A stretch of DNA of 64,000 nucleotides from sequence record OR413575.1; one strand, written 5' to 3'. The notes beneath the pieces were generated by a model. The model was not told where the DNA came from. It made no database searches and saw nothing but the letters and a program-made list of their open reading frames with translations. Made by a program: the position numbers and the translations under genes. Positions 1-10,385 of this stretch are shown here, piece after piece (within the stretch, counting starts at the first letter, position 1; every line of letters starts with the position of its first letter).

Positions 1-5
1 GTGCA

Positions 6-2093
6 TTGTGGACTGATATCACGGACGTTCCATCCGAATTACCGCCTGTTCCACATCGTCAGTCTACTGGCGACCTGATTGGTTTCGATGCTCAGGTAGA
101 AGTTCTGTATAAAATTGCAGATGCTATTGCCGAAGGTAACGTTAAAGCAATGCAGGCTCTGATGGAGCACGTGAAAGATCATCATAACCCGCACAAGATC
201 ACTTTGGAAGATCTGGGTATTGATGAACTGGGTAACCTGGTACCTGCTACTAAGGAACAAGCAGAGTCCGGTACTGAGAATACTCACTACATGACTTCAT
301 TGCGTACGGCACAATACTGCGACGCTAAAGTCATTCCTGTTATCCAGGCACATATCGACACTCGTGGTAACCCTCACGGAACGACGAAAGGTGATGTAGG
401 TCTTGGTCTGGTCGAGAACTATCGTGTTGCATCGATCGAAGAAGCTGAAGCAGGTGTAGCTAATAACCGCTACATGACGCCGCAGTTAACCAAGATCATG
501 TTGGATGCCATCGTCGAGCCGATGTTGAATCGCCACATCATGGACAAACAAAACCCCCACGGTGTAACTAAGTTACAAGTAGGGTTAGGTAAAGTATCTG
601 ACTATGCTGATGCAACTAATGCTGAAGCAGGTGAAGGTATTGTAACCAACAAGTTCATGACCCCTGCGCTGACCTCTATTGCTATCAGTGCTCAAGCACC
701 TAAGGTTATGGAATTCCATACCAAGGATACTGATAACCCGCATAACGTAACTAAGAAACATGTTGGTTTAGAGTTCGTAGAGAACTATAAGGCAGCTACT
801 GTTCAAGAAGCGATTGCAGGTACAGAGGGGCGCTATATCACTGCTGATGTATTGAAGAAAGTGATTGATGTAGGCGGTGGTGGTTCTGGCGGTCAGGCTT
901 TAGATGCTCACTTGCAAGATTTCGATAACCCTCACAAAGTCACTAAAGAGCAGATACAGTTAGGTAACGTATCTAACTATGAAGATGCTAAGGCCGAAGA
1001 TGTTATATCATTCGATTTGACCACTCCGACATACATGACTACTGAGTCGATGGCATTGTGGTTAAAAGATGGCGGTGGTTGGGAAAACTTTATTAACCGT
1101 ACGCGGTTAAGTATAGATAAAGTTCAAAACTACGGCATTGCCACTGATTACGACATTCGTGCCGATTCCAACACAGCTTACGCCACACCAGCTACTGTGA
1201 CGAAGATGATGGAGAATAGCGTAATAACTTCTCCAATGTTGACTTCCATGAACATTAACCCGGCTACTTACGAAGGTAAACCATATTCCTTCATTGAAGC
1301 GGAAGAAGTGTACATGGTCGATCCTCGTTGGCGCGGGCTAATGGTGAGTTACGATATCGGCGATGAACTGGATGACTATGCTTACTTCTTCACGGACTAC
1401 GAACTGAACGGGAATAACACGTATAAGGCTAAAGTATCTAACCTCGTACCTGGATTCCATAGTGCTATGGCTATCCTTACTGCAGAAGATGAGGAAGGTA
1501 ACTATCACCGTTTAGGACTGTACGTAGAACCTAACGGTTCTGGGCCTGGTACTGTTCACTTGGCCGATCTGACTGGCGGCGAAGTTAAGAAGTTGCCAGG
1601 GACCGAAGTGCCTGTAGATGTAGCATTAAATAATGTTGTTATTGACGTCAGTATCGATAAGACTGCGAAAACGTATAACGTGTTGATTAGCACCGAAGAC
1701 GGGAAACAGTTTGTGTTCAACGGTACTGCTCAATCTATTTACGATGCGCTTGGATTAGAAGGCGATGTAGCCGCTATCAAAGTGGGTGGTACTTATGGTT
1801 TTGCTGTTCAAATCGATAAGACCAATGCAGAGACTAGTGGGATGACATTCTCTTCGGATTGGTTACCTAATACGGAAGACGGCCTTCTTTATAATGTCGA
1901 CAACCGTAAACGCTGGTCATATACAGGCAGGGCATGGCAAGAAGGAGAAATCCTCGGCCCAGATGAAGATCCAACTGCAGTATCGTATCGTCCGGGTACT
2001 ACATACTGGAATACCATGACTGACGAACTGTTTGTTGCAGTGACCCACCGTCATGCTATCCCTTACGGCATGTATAGTGTCGTAGAAGAGTAA
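6..2093 (+). CDS. Tail fibre/virion structural protein with repeated H-x-x-D-x-x-NPH-x-VTK-x-Q-VGLG-x-V-x-NY modules; 5' end probably truncated by the window edge
   Basis: About five NPHxVT..GLG..NY repeats in the N-terminal 330 aa, typical of phiKZ-like fibre proteins. The frame is open to the window start (codon 3-5 = GCA). Confidence 0.8.
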   Translation: MWTDITDVPSELPPVPHRQSTGDLIGFDAQVEVLYKIADAIAEGNVKAMQALMEHVKDHHNPHKITLEDLGIDELGNLVPATKEQAESGTENTHYMTSLRTAQYCDAKVIPVIQAHIDTRGNPHGTTKGDVGLGLVENYRVASIEEAEAGVANNRYMTPQLTKIMLDAIVEPMLNRHIMDKQNPHGVTKLQVGLGKVSDYADATNAEAGEGIVTNKFMTPALTSIAISAQAPKVMEFHTKDTDNPHNVTKKHVGLEFVENYKAATVQEAIAGTEGRYITADVLKKVIDVGGGGSGGQALDAHLQDFDNPHKVTKEQIQLGNVSNYEDAKAEDVISFDLTTPTYMTTESMALWLKDGGGWENFINRTRLSIDKVQNYGIATDYDIRADSNTAYATPATVTKMMENSVITSPMLTSMNINPATYEGKPYSFIEAEEVYMVDPRWRGLMVSYDIGDELDDYAYFFTDYELNGNNTYKAKVSNLVPGFHSAMAILTAEDEEGNYHRLGLYVEPNGSGPGTVHLADLTGGEVKKLPGTEVPVDVALNNVVIDVSIDKTAKTYNVLISTEDGKQFVFNGTAQSIYDALGLEGDVAAIKVGGTYGFAVQIDKTNAETSGMTFSSDWLPNTEDGLLYNVDNRKRWSYTGRAWQEGEILGPDEDPTAVSYRPGTTYWNTMTDELFVAVTHRHAIPYGMYSVVEE

Positions 2094-2098
2094 AGGTC

Positions 2099-2130
2099 AG
2101 GGGGAGTAATCCCCCTCCTTTTTATTTTTT
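2099..2130 (+). terminator. Rho-independent terminator
   Basis: AGGGGG-AGTAAT-CCCCCT hairpin followed by a T-rich tract, right after the stop at 2093. Confidence 0.75.
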
Positions 2131-2148
2131 GGTTTTAAGGAGCGGGTA

Positions 2149-2697
2149 ATGAGAACTCTTCGTGATTGGATTGCTACAATTGATGCTTTCCTTAATAACA
2201 AGAACAACCCTACTAATGTAACTGCGGAGCAGGCAGGGGCTTACGATAGAGCAACTATCGACAAGATGCTACAGGAGAAAATGACTGTACGCGACTCACC
2301 AGTTAGTTTTTTCGGGCATGGTACTAATGAAGTAGTCGAAATTGTACCGGGTCCAGGGGCGCCTATGTTGAATGGAACTTATCCTTTCATTCTGAATGGT
2401 ATTAAAGGGACGTTTAATAATTACGTTCTCGATAATCCAGGGGAAGCAGGAACATACAACCTTTATTTAGACGTTTCAACGGGTAAAGGTGAACTGGTGA
2501 TGGATATATCTTTCCGTAGTGAAACTACCTCCCTGGCATGGTTAGGGACTGTAAACTGGGACGGTACGCAACCGACTGCTCACACCGTTAAGACATTCAT
2601 CAAGTTAGGTCTGTACCGATTGGCAACTGGTAAACAAGGTAGCTCAATTCCGGTATCGTCTGGCGCACCTAATACAGAGGGTACTTTCCCATGGTAA
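2149..2697 (+). CDS. Short virion structural (tail fibre/baseplate family) protein
   Basis: N-terminal NNPTNVTAEQAGAY motif shared with neighbours. C-terminus resembles that of 2691..5318. AAGGAG RBS upstream. Confidence 0.75.
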   Translation: MRTLRDWIATIDAFLNNKNNPTNVTAEQAGAYDRATIDKMLQEKMTVRDSPVSFFGHGTNEVVEIVPGPGAPMLNGTYPFILNGIKGTFNNYVLDNPGEAGTYNLYLDVSTGKGELVMDISFRSETTSLAWLGTVNWDGTQPTAHTVKTFIKLGLYRLATGKQGSSIPVSSGAPNTEGTFPW

Positions 2698-5318
2698 ACA
2701 TCATCGATGGTATTCGTAGGATGGCTAAAATAATGTCTGGCGGTGAGCCTAACCCAACGGAGGTGACTGCTGAACAACTAGGTACTTATTCGAAAGAAGA
2801 GTTTAATGCAAAAGTTGATAACCTAATTAGTTCCGTCGATATGCGGTTGTCACAGTACGGCGACACCTCGTTTATACCTGTAAACGTATCTGGTTCATTC
2901 GAGGGATCAGCTTCCGGTTACAGAGCTGCTGCAATCTTTAGAGAGCATGACGGTCGCGTATATTTGTTACGTAATGGATCCGATGGCCGTACAGATGGCG
3001 CGTACTATGCGGAAGTAGAGTTGAGTGTAGACGGCATCAGTACCGAAGTCTCCACTACATCTATTCCTTATCACCCTCCTTTCATACCTGAAGGTTGGCA
3101 CGTAACCGAAGTAGCAGGTGGGTATAAAGACCAAGTTTATGGGAGGATTCAAAACGAGGCGGGTGCGTATAAAACATTTATTGCTTATACGAACTACACA
3201 ATGAACCAGGATTTACATACCGGTATCATAATCGAAAAGTATCCGTATATAATCGATATCTTTATCTGGGAAGAGGGAGGTACAGTATTCATCTCTCAGT
3301 TAGATACCAGTAATGGTATGGGGTTTGTAATCCGTAAAGTATACACTAATAATTTGTCAGCTGATCCGGTATTGATCACCGGATGGTCGGGTACAGGTAT
3401 CGACTCTAAGCAATGGACTGATCAAGGGTTTATTCGTCTAAGTGACATAATGCAGCGTGATGTTACAGACACCGTGAATAATGCTTATGCGGTTTCGTTC
3501 TCAGGTGTCAACGGGTTCGGGGTTACACAAACCTGGCCACAGGTCGAGATCTACCATTTGGGCGGTGCTCGGTTCAGAGCAATCTTCGGTCATGAATCTT
3601 GGGTTAACCATGTCGGTAATACAAGTGACAGGAAGTTCTTTGTTCGACAGGTAGATTTCAATGTTTATCTGGCTACTTACGAATTAACGCAGGGATACCG
3701 GAGTCCTATTATCGCTTCGCTGAATGATGCAGGAGCAGTGCAATTAACTGCCACAGACAAATCTCGAATGGATAGAAGGCAGTTTGATGGTGGTTGGGAC
3801 GGTAACGTAGCTAGTTGGGTCATTTCTAACCCTGACGGACTTTACATGGTATACCATCGGTTACAAGCTAACGATGTAAACATGTACGTTGAATACGGGC
3901 GGGATCATGATACATTCATGGATCTAAATCTCAGGGACGGTTCTCAAAAAGCTCCAGGGATAAACGTACCTCATGTTTTTGGTACTGCCATGCACGCCCC
4001 ATTGTTTACTCCGAATGTCGCTAGTAACGACTCAATGACTGTGACGAACCATCAAAGTGAAATGATGCGTTCTAATATGGGAGGCTGGATCCCTACTGAT
4101 GATTTCAGATTGCCTAACGGTACTGTAATGAAATCTACTCCGTTAAACTCTGACAGAGAAACAATGGTAGCCGAGCACTGGCCGTGTGAACAAGTCGTTG
4201 AGATTGTAAACGACGAGGTCTTCATCCATAGGGCTATATTCTGGCCAGATCGGTATGAAGGGAGGGCAGTATGTTCTGGGATTACTGATCCAGGCACGGT
4301 CCCTGTTTTGATATCTGAAGAGATATTGGTTGAAGTGCAGAACCGAGCTTTGGCGATTGCTAATGCGAACGGGTACGTTAATTCCCAGTTCAATACTTAC
4401 ATCGTAGTTACTCAGCACAGTGTATTACCTCCCTTTGCTACTACATTCTTCCATCTGAAAGATAAAGCTATCATGCAAGTACGACAGACTTTAGATTTTG
4501 GTGGTCAGAAAACAGGCCAGTTACCGATGCCTACTACCACGGCTAGTGTATGGGAAATGTGTAGAACTGGAGCAACAGGAATTTGGATGGGCGGTCGAGC
4601 AGGCTTCCACGGTATCCATATTGCTGACTACAACGATTTCTCCGTACAAGGAGGATGTGGAATAATGGGTGCTAACTGGGTAGGTAACTCAGGAGGTATT
4701 GGTTCATTCTGGAAGTTCAAAGATAACCAATGGACTATAACCTACCGAGAAACCTCTCAGACACACGTTACAAACGTTGCGTACCCTATACCTATTCCTA
4801 AAGTTGGCGTAGTCATGTTCGGTACGGGAATTGACTACACCGTTTACAACTGTAATTTATCCGGTATAATTATCGGTAAAAATGAGACTGATGTAACCGA
4901 TATGGAAAATAGAAGATTCAATACTGCTTCTATATTTTTCACAACGGCGGTTGTAAATGGATGGGTGGTCTACTTCACTGAGGAGACACTAGTAACCATA
5001 GGGAATGTACAAGGATTCACAAGTCCGCAAAATATAGATCTTCAAGATCTGTTCCCGGAACCAGCTAATAAGAAACTTCTGGTCTACGTTCGCCTTAATG
5101 ATGGTAAGTTTGATCATGTCATCGTAGAAGATCCCATCATTGATGATAATCACCTGTTCATCGGTTATGTGTATACCAACAATGACGGTATTCGTACTAT
5201 CGAAGTTGATAAGGTGCTCGGCATTAATGGCTATGCTTTATCTGGTGTTAAACGCGGCCAAGCAATTGCTGTAACCGACGGTAACCCTAACGGCGAAGGT
5301 TCGTTCCATTGGAAATAG
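2691..5318 (+). CDS. Long tail fibre/baseplate-associated virion protein (paralog of 5837..8563)
   Basis: NPTEVTAEQLG N-terminal motif, then YGDTSFIPVNVSGSFEG matching YGDNTTWKPVNVLGSFEG in 5837..8563. Shared C-terminal VYFTE/D domain. Confidence 0.8.
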   Translation: MVNIIDGIRRMAKIMSGGEPNPTEVTAEQLGTYSKEEFNAKVDNLISSVDMRLSQYGDTSFIPVNVSGSFEGSASGYRAAAIFREHDGRVYLLRNGSDGRTDGAYYAEVELSVDGISTEVSTTSIPYHPPFIPEGWHVTEVAGGYKDQVYGRIQNEAGAYKTFIAYTNYTMNQDLHTGIIIEKYPYIIDIFIWEEGGTVFISQLDTSNGMGFVIRKVYTNNLSADPVLITGWSGTGIDSKQWTDQGFIRLSDIMQRDVTDTVNNAYAVSFSGVNGFGVTQTWPQVEIYHLGGARFRAIFGHESWVNHVGNTSDRKFFVRQVDFNVYLATYELTQGYRSPIIASLNDAGAVQLTATDKSRMDRRQFDGGWDGNVASWVISNPDGLYMVYHRLQANDVNMYVEYGRDHDTFMDLNLRDGSQKAPGINVPHVFGTAMHAPLFTPNVASNDSMTVTNHQSEMMRSNMGGWIPTDDFRLPNGTVMKSTPLNSDRETMVAEHWPCEQVVEIVNDEVFIHRAIFWPDRYEGRAVCSGITDPGTVPVLISEEILVEVQNRALAIANANGYVNSQFNTYIVVTQHSVLPPFATTFFHLKDKAIMQVRQTLDFGGQKTGQLPMPTTTASVWEMCRTGATGIWMGGRAGFHGIHIADYNDFSVQGGCGIMGANWVGNSGGIGSFWKFKDNQWTITYRETSQTHVTNVAYPIPIPKVGVVMFGTGIDYTVYNCNLSGIIIGKNETDVTDMENRRFNTASIFFTTAVVNGWVVYFTEETLVTIGNVQGFTSPQNIDLQDLFPEPANKKLLVYVRLNDGKFDHVIVEDPIIDDNHLFIGYVYTNNDGIRTIEVDKVLGINGYALSGVKRGQAIAVTDGNPNGEGSFHWK

Positions 5319-5336
5319 GGGCTTCGGCCCCTTTAT
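5317..5336 (+). terminator. Hairpin/terminator (UUCG loop)
   Basis: AGGGGC-TTCG-GCCCCT followed by TTAT. Confidence 0.6.
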
Positions 5337-5350
5337 AAAAGGTTGAAGTT

Positions 5351-5833
5351 ATGAACTTAAAAGAATTTATGCATGACGTGGTTCTTAACTGGATTACTCG
5401 ACGCGATAACCCGCATGAAGTTACCGCGGCTCAAGCTGGTGCTTACACCAAAGAAGAAATTGAAAGTAAAGTGGAACGTAAGTTACCGATTGGGGTTCTG
5501 CCTATCTATGCTTATGGTGATGATACAGAAGATCCTATTCCATATCGTATCACCGACACTCGTCTAAATATTGATGTAGAAATCCCTGTGCTATTCTACG
5601 GGACCCCGGTAACGTCTTATGGCACTGCAATAACACCGCCTAAGAATACGATTACTTATATCACAATCGAGCTTGGGCCTGATGGGTATGGCGTTTATCG
5701 AACTTACACTGATCGGCCAATTAACACCCCGAAAAGAATTCTTATTGGTTTACTGGAGACTGATGCAGATAAAATCACTCGACATGAAATCAATAAAGTA
5801 TCGGGGGTCTATCTTCAGGAAGCTCCTTATTAA
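5351..5833 (+). CDS. Short virion structural protein (paralog of 2149..2697)
   Basis: DNPHEVTAAQAGAYTKEEIE motif. C-terminus resembles that of 5837..8563. Confidence 0.75.
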   Translation: MNLKEFMHDVVLNWITRRDNPHEVTAAQAGAYTKEEIESKVERKLPIGVLPIYAYGDDTEDPIPYRITDTRLNIDVEIPVLFYGTPVTSYGTAITPPKNTITYITIELGPDGYGVYRTYTDRPINTPKRILIGLLETDADKITRHEINKVSGVYLQEAPY

Positions 5834-5836
5834 GAG

Positions 5837-8563
5837 GTGATTATGCCTAGCATTGCTAAAGTAGTATCAGACTTCTTCGCAATGATGAAGTCGCGTAGTA
5901 ATCCTCATGAAGTAACCGGGGAGCAATTAGGGTCTCTTAGTAAACCGGCCGCTGACGAGTTCTTAAATAAATACATTGACGATATTCCGTTAAAGCTATA
6001 TGTTTACGGCGATAACACTACGTGGAAACCAGTAAACGTTCTGGGTAGTTTTGAAGGCGGGGCACGATATGCTGATAAGCCGTATTGGGCTGTCTGTGAG
6101 GAAGAAGACGGTTCGATATCGATGTTAGAGAATGGGACCAACGGTATTAGCGCAAACGTATACTATACTTTCTTCGACCGGCAACCAGATGGGTCCTATA
6201 AACTGAATGCGACGCCACGACGTTATGACCCTGACTGGTTGAAGAACTACCCTAATCGTACAATCTTCGATTTATTTAACTCAGACGGTCAAACGGTTAT
6301 TTGGGGCGATACTTGGGATACGGAATTAAAACGTACTCAACGTTACGTTGCGCTTACTAATGGAACTATGGAACCTAAAGCCCATCAAGCAGCATTGATT
6401 AGCTTTGGTGATAGAACAACTGGCATTAGCCGTTGGTCTAAAGCGATCCGTTGCGGAGACTGGGTTTACTTCATTGAGATGGGTGACCCGATCCGTATGG
6501 AAGTTAACCGCATCTCGGTTGCCTCTATATTAGCAGGCGGCGAAGTAACGAGTGAACCTTTCAACGGATGGAAGTGTACTGGTATAAATGGAACGGTTCT
6601 AGAGAACCAGGAAAGGATTGTCTTGGCTCAGTCATTGTACTCCAGTGACCGTGATGCTGATACGTTATTGTTCGCAGATACTAATGCTACGGGGTTCAGT
6701 CCGTATGATACAACTGTTCAATATGCTGTAGCCAACCACAGCAGCGGGGCAATCCGGTTATTGATACAAATATGTTATTGGGTAGTATCAGAGCATGGGC
6801 AATACGGATTTGCTGATGGCGTCACTATGCTAGTGGAAATATTCACCGGTAGTAAGACAGCTATTGTGCATCCCGATACCCGCGGTAAAGCCATGATGGT
6901 AAATATAGAGGGAACTAATCGTGTCATGGCAACGGGCAGGCAAGCGGAATTATCTGCTAAAGTTTATGGGGTTCCGTGGGGGCAAATGCGTGGGCAAATC
7001 CATCTATTGAAAAACGGGGACTTTGCTAAATTTAAATGGTCGGGATTAGGAATGGGCTGGTACGATATACACAGCGCATTGAAACCGGGCGGATACCCTC
7101 AAGATCCTTTCTGGGGAATAGAACCTAGCAACATGGCCTTTACTGATAAAGACCCGCAGGAAGTTCTGTTCAGAAGGTTTGGTTCCTTAATAGGTACTGA
7201 CATCCGTCCATTTGGTCCGGTGGGCTATTCGAAGGACATGATCGTTACTAACGTGAATGATCCTAAAGATCCCGATTCAAAACCAAGGGCGTCTTATACA
7301 GTTACTGGTACTGAAGGTAAGTATAATGAGTTTGTTTATTCCGGATACCAAGGTGAGTTTAAGGGATATAAACCGACTACGTCTAGGTTACCTGGTTATG
7401 ATAGCAACGTCTCTGCATTGACTGGTCACACAGTGCTGATGAAGAGCGGTGACGGTGACGGAGAACTTGCGAGAGTGACAAATATCGCTGGTAGAGTATT
7501 GACTGTGTCGACAGGAGTTGAGACAGTATACCGTAATATCAACATGCCAGAAGATCGATTTGTTGCAGTAACGGAAGATAAGACAACTTGTACTAAATCT
7601 GTTTTTGCTCCATGGTTCGATCGTTTCTACGCTGATGCTGCACCTGAGATTCCTGTGGGTCAAAGCACTCAGATTGCATATGAGTTTTGGGTAGCTCCTT
7701 CAGGTACTAGTAGGCATCATTATTTACCAATCGTTACGGTTTACGTACTGAATGCCAATACTGGCATAGGTGTGGTGTTGTTTTATCAATCAAGAGCTGA
7801 TGCGACTGGCGACAACTATACAGGTAACATCAATTCCTTAGGAGAGCTTACGCTACTTCGTAAATCGGTTGATCATTCCTGCACCAGTATCGAGTTACAT
7901 GACCGACACTGTGGGTACGTATATGAACGAGTTGAAGACGGGGAGTTAAAATGGACTACAATTCACCCAGCTACTCGTTTACTGTTCGGTACAACTGGAG
8001 GTAACATAGGCCGCCATCTCGAACTTGTTATACCTGCCGGGCAGGAAGACTATAATAAGGACTATACAAGAGATCGTAGCGGTGCTGGTTGGTACACGGG
8101 TATATCGCCAATGGGGTGTGTGTCTAAAGTGGGACCTGTTATCTGGGACACGAGTAAAAACGGGTCAGCTTCAGGGTGTGCGTTGTATTACGCTATCAGG
8201 CCAGTCACTAAAGGAATGGATTTCTATTGGCAAAACGACATCGACCCGGCTGCAACAGAACGGTTTGTGTTATTATCGAGTCAGGTAGCTGAAGGTTACG
8301 AAGTGTATTTTACTGACAGAGAGAGTTGTCTGATAAAATCTAACTATAAGTTGATTGATCCTACGACAATCCGTCTTAGTGACCTGGGACCTAACCCGGA
8401 GAACAAGCGCTTCAATGTACATCTCCACGAGGTGAATGGTGTGGTATCCTATGTTATTACACCAGATCTTGATGTCAGGTACGACGTGTACATTGGCTAT
8501 ATTCTGACTAATGCTACGCAAATTGAAACCATTAACATTGGAAAAGTGGTGGAAATTCGCTAG
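5837..8563 (+). CDS. Long tail fibre/baseplate-associated virion protein (paralog of 2691..5318)
   Basis: SNPHEVTGEQLG motif, plus LENGTNG..VYY and C-terminal GYEVYFTD...YIGYILTN segments that align with 2691..5318. Confidence 0.8.
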   Translation: MIMPSIAKVVSDFFAMMKSRSNPHEVTGEQLGSLSKPAADEFLNKYIDDIPLKLYVYGDNTTWKPVNVLGSFEGGARYADKPYWAVCEEEDGSISMLENGTNGISANVYYTFFDRQPDGSYKLNATPRRYDPDWLKNYPNRTIFDLFNSDGQTVIWGDTWDTELKRTQRYVALTNGTMEPKAHQAALISFGDRTTGISRWSKAIRCGDWVYFIEMGDPIRMEVNRISVASILAGGEVTSEPFNGWKCTGINGTVLENQERIVLAQSLYSSDRDADTLLFADTNATGFSPYDTTVQYAVANHSSGAIRLLIQICYWVVSEHGQYGFADGVTMLVEIFTGSKTAIVHPDTRGKAMMVNIEGTNRVMATGRQAELSAKVYGVPWGQMRGQIHLLKNGDFAKFKWSGLGMGWYDIHSALKPGGYPQDPFWGIEPSNMAFTDKDPQEVLFRRFGSLIGTDIRPFGPVGYSKDMIVTNVNDPKDPDSKPRASYTVTGTEGKYNEFVYSGYQGEFKGYKPTTSRLPGYDSNVSALTGHTVLMKSGDGDGELARVTNIAGRVLTVSTGVETVYRNINMPEDRFVAVTEDKTTCTKSVFAPWFDRFYADAAPEIPVGQSTQIAYEFWVAPSGTSRHHYLPIVTVYVLNANTGIGVVLFYQSRADATGDNYTGNINSLGELTLLRKSVDHSCTSIELHDRHCGYVYERVEDGELKWTTIHPATRLLFGTTGGNIGRHLELVIPAGQEDYNKDYTRDRSGAGWYTGISPMGCVSKVGPVIWDTSKNGSASGCALYYAIRPVTKGMDFYWQNDIDPAATERFVLLSSQVAEGYEVYFTDRESCLIKSNYKLIDPTTIRLSDLGPNPENKRFNVHLHEVNGVVSYVITPDLDVRYDVYIGYILTNATQIETINIGKVVEIR

Positions 8564-8577
8564 TATCGAAAATCAAC

Positions 8578-8595
8578 GGGGAGGTCAAGCTCCCC
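8578..8595 (+). terminator. Hairpin, possible terminator or stabiliser
   Basis: GGGGAG-GTCAAG-CTCCCC; weak U-tract. Confidence 0.45.
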
Positions 8596-8620
8596 CTATA
8601 TCCGACTTGACTAAGGATAA

Positions 8621-10351
8621 ATGATGGCTAACGCATTCATTAAGAAGTATCCGTTAGACCGGACGAGTAAAGCTGTAACTAACCGCATCGAGGACGAACC
8701 TCATGTAGTTGGTGTTCAGTTTAACCGTATCGTTGCCCCTAATGCTGGTCCGTATTACGAAGACTCTATGGTCATCGAAGATACGGTTGGTAACGTTCTG
8801 GTCAAAGGCGTGGACTGGGATCCTATTCTACCTTACGTAGAGGCGTCCATGACGCTGAGCGCTCCCGTCGCGAACATGATTGTAATTAAGAACAAAAACA
8901 TCACTGAGATTGTTCTTAAGAAATACCAGGTACCTGGCGGTCTGTATCAGACCTATACTGATGCGATGATTGATTTGATCAACTCGCTGATGCAGGACAA
9001 CCGTGAAGTGCAGTGGGATAATATTGGTGGTAAACCAATCCGTTTCCAACCAACACCTCACTTGCATCACCTGAAAGATCTCTATGGCTTCGAGTACGAA
9101 GTCTTAGCGCTGGAAGAAATCCTGCGTGCAATTCAGCAGGGTGATGTTGCAAGTCATGACGTTATTTATCAGTACATTGAGAACTTACGTGACTGGACGA
9201 AAGAACAGTTAAATAAAGCTCAAGACCAGATCGACGATCTTTACAGAGAGATCGAACGTTTGGATGTCCGTATTGATAGCGTGTTAGCTGATCTGGACGT
9301 AGTCCGTAAAGATTTGGCAGCACACGTGGCTGATAAACAAAACCCTCATGTGGTAACGAAAGCTCAAACTGGCCTTGGTCTGGTCGAGAACTATCGTGTT
9401 GCCACTAACGCGGAAGCTGTTGAAGCCGTTAAGACCGATGCTTATTTAGTACCTGCTCACCTGAAGGCTTATGCAGACGCTAAGATCTTCCCCGTTATTC
9501 AAGCTCACTTGAACGACAAGCAAAACCCTCACGGGACTACTAAAGCACAGGTTGGTTTGGGTAAAGTTGAAGACTACCCTATCGCTACTCAGCAGCAGGC
9601 GCAGGTGGGAACGGATAACGCATCGTACATGACGCCATTACGTGTTGCGGAATATTGTAACAGTAAAGTTGTCCCTACGTTGAATGCTCACATCGCTGAT
9701 AAGAATAACCCACACGGCGTAACGAAAGCTCAAACTGGGTTAGGGTCTGTTCAGAACTACCCGATGGCAGATCAGGGAACAGCTCAAGGTATGGCGAGTA
9801 ATTCTCATTACATGTCGCCTTTAAGTACTGCGTGGTTGTTCGATACTCGATTGGGGAATAATCGAGCTGTTAATGGTAGTCATAATCCGAATGATGGTAA
9901 ATTAGTTAGCTTTTGGGGCGGTTGGACTCGAGTTGCTGCTAATTTACAATTACAGCACCCTAATGGTGTTAATTACAACATCATGTTTGATGGTGGTAAC
10001 ACTCTTACGTTTACCCATAACATCAACGTAAACGATGCTTATATCCGTTCCGATGAACGCGTTAAGAGTAAGATTCGTTACTTGACTGAAACCAAAGAAC
10101 AGTTTAGTCCTAAACTTCGACAACTCGCTACCGCAGTAGCTCGCTATGAGCTAAATACCGATCCTGATGTGGAACAAATCGGCGTGATTGCTCAGCTGAT
10201 TGAGAAGTATATGCCTGAGCTTGTGCGCCGTGATTCTGAATCAGATTACCTCTCTGTTAAACCTGCCGGGTTCATTGCAATGTTGTTGAAAGGCTGGTCT
10301 GAGCATGACGATCGGTTATCTAGCATTGAGAAGTTAGTCGGTATTGCTTAA
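8621..10351 (+). CDS. Tail fibre protein with C-terminal Peptidase_S74 intramolecular chaperone domain
   Basis: phiKZ-like N-terminal anchor (YPLD...NRIEDE.H...IVAPNAGPYY), a coiled coil, NPH repeats, then YIRSDERVKSKI...IGVIAQ...MPELV with a terminal coiled coil, the S74 auto-cleaving chaperone signature. Confidence 0.88.
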   Translation: MMANAFIKKYPLDRTSKAVTNRIEDEPHVVGVQFNRIVAPNAGPYYEDSMVIEDTVGNVLVKGVDWDPILPYVEASMTLSAPVANMIVIKNKNITEIVLKKYQVPGGLYQTYTDAMIDLINSLMQDNREVQWDNIGGKPIRFQPTPHLHHLKDLYGFEYEVLALEEILRAIQQGDVASHDVIYQYIENLRDWTKEQLNKAQDQIDDLYREIERLDVRIDSVLADLDVVRKDLAAHVADKQNPHVVTKAQTGLGLVENYRVATNAEAVEAVKTDAYLVPAHLKAYADAKIFPVIQAHLNDKQNPHGTTKAQVGLGKVEDYPIATQQQAQVGTDNASYMTPLRVAEYCNSKVVPTLNAHIADKNNPHGVTKAQTGLGSVQNYPMADQGTAQGMASNSHYMSPLSTAWLFDTRLGNNRAVNGSHNPNDGKLVSFWGGWTRVAANLQLQHPNGVNYNIMFDGGNTLTFTHNINVNDAYIRSDERVKSKIRYLTETKEQFSPKLRQLATAVARYELNTDPDVEQIGVIAQLIEKYMPELVRRDSESDYLSVKPAGFIAMLLKGWSEHDDRLSSIEKLVGIA

Positions 10352-10354
10352 TTA

Positions 10355-10372
10355 AAGGGGCTTCGTCCCCTT
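10355..10372 (+). terminator. Hairpin between the fibre and the next gene
   Basis: AAGGGG-CTTCGT-CCCCTT. Confidence 0.5.
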
Positions 10373-10385
10373 AGGAGTTTCTGAT

